DNA of 64,000 bases from NCBI RefSeq assembly GCF_001194135.2, contig NC_068981.1:190849555-190913554 (forward strand), in the 5' to 3' direction. Below the pieces are notes generated by a model that saw nothing but the letters and a program-made list of their open reading frames with translations, had not been told where the DNA came from and searched no databases. This DNA is from Octopus bimaculoides. Its lineage: Eukaryota. Below are positions 62,374-64,000 of the stretch, piece after piece (the stretch's first letter is position 1; each line of letters opens with the position of its first letter). A program made the position numbers and the translations under genes.

Positions 62374-64000
62374 AAGTATTGTCACTTTGGTTTCATTGTT
62401 TGCTTAATAGGAAGAACTAACTTTGTATTTGTTAGTGAGAGAATGTGAATATGTAATCAAAATTGGTTATTGATTATATTTCATCTAAACATGCTTTGCG
62501 ATATTTTCTATTGATTACTTTGTCATGAGCACAGGTATATTGGTAATTTTGACAGGATATGGCTATCATTGTCTGCTATAAAATAGTGTTTATATTTTGG
62601 TATATATTTATATAAATTCATGTATATATTTTTGTATTAATAGTTTATGGGATGTAAATGGGGGGAAAAGGAAACTTGTTTATGCAAAATTGGGAAACAA
62701 CAAAGAAAATTGCTGTGTTGATTGCATGGCTTTTAAGATTTTGTTTGCAATTCCCCACTTTCATATGTTAGTCCATTTTTACTTTTAAATTTTATTTAAC
62801 ATAAAATTTAGTCCATTAAAGTTGTCGGTTAACAATCTAAAATAATAGACTAACCCTGACACAGCAAAAACCAATTTATTATTCCATTTACCTGACTAAT
62901 TTTATTTATGGTTGAAAAACTGCTGCCATAAAAAAAGGTTCCTTCGTCTGACAACAGATGTAAAATCTCTGAATTAGCTAAATGATCCTTGCTATAAGAG
63001 AACAAAGAAAATGTTTTTATTAAAGTCAAATTGTTTGTGCATTTAAATATTTGTAAATAGTAAAAGTAATTATGAGCTGGAAAATTGAAAATCTGCATTT
63101 CTAATGCATTATCTGAAAAGAGAATTACTGCTGTTGTTTTTATTACCAACTGAAGAATTTATTTTAAAAGTAAAACCTGGAATCCAAGGGAACGGTTAAA
63201 TATTACAGTTGTACACAAAGTTTTTCTGTATATTTTTATCATCACCATCGTCATTGTTTAACATCCATTTTCCATGCTGGTGTGGATTAGAGAGTTCAGC
63301 AAGAATCAACAAACCCCAATCTCCAATATCTGCTTTCTACAGTTGGATACCCTTCCTAATGCCAACCACTCTAGAGTGTATTGAGTGCTTTTTTGTAGCA
63401 TTGTGATGTCTTTGGTCATCATTGACAATGATGGGCAAACTTATATAACCATTATGTGATACCAAGTATATCCCATGGAGCAATATCATATCTTAAAATA
63501 TATCAACATCATATTCAATGTGACATCTTGTTTAATACCAGGACAAAATTCTTTTTTTGACACTGCGTAAAATCTTTTTGTTTCATGACTATAAATGTTG
63601 TCACTTCTCTTTTTCTTCGTTTTTTTTTATTTTTATTTAAATCAATCACAATTGGAATTCTATCAGCACTTTGTATATAATTTGATCCAAAAACTAACTT
63701 TAGTTTTGGGCACTTGTATTAATTATGTTAGGAAACTTAATTAAGAACACTTAGAGTATTAAATAAGTCCAAAAACTATATCTTTCATATTCACAGTTAA
63801 TTGAGATTGCATGTGGAAAAGAATATTTCCAAATATTTTTAAACATTATAGAAATTCACTAATTACCATTTCCTAATGTTTGTATGTTTGCAGTAATTAT
63901 GACAAATGTATTTATATTTTCAATATATTTAATAATTTGTTTTGTGGTTCAGTGATATTTTCAAAACCATATTGAACATTTGTGAAAGAATTTTATGTTT

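Overview
This is AT-rich eukaryotic DNA with 8 N-gaps. The repeat families suggest an octopus-type cephalopod draft assembly (inference, no search run). I recognise no host protein-coding exon, rRNA, tRNA gene or CRISPR array; almost all long ORFs in the track come from microsatellites or N-gaps. The window is a dense mix of transposable elements. SINEs: tRNA-headed families with my own labels (A, C, D, E and RTE-tail pieces). LINE relics from five groups: two RTE families (one BovB-like), CR1-like, three R4/Dong-like, HERO-like and probable Penelope-like (PLE). DNA elements: a Tc1 transposase relic with DD35E spacing, a mariner relic, and hAT, Tc2-like, mariner-like and piggyBac-like MITEs, several with clean TSDs. 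The most promising leads are (1) PLE-type minimal hammerhead-ribozyme motifs, best at 49154-49209, plus several fold-back elements; (2) the DD35E Tc1 with a possible IR/DR end; (3) R4/Dong fragments stacked in (TAA)n tracts; and (4) two LINE-SINE tail partnerships visible inside the window. SINE boundaries are approximate (about +/-15 bp).
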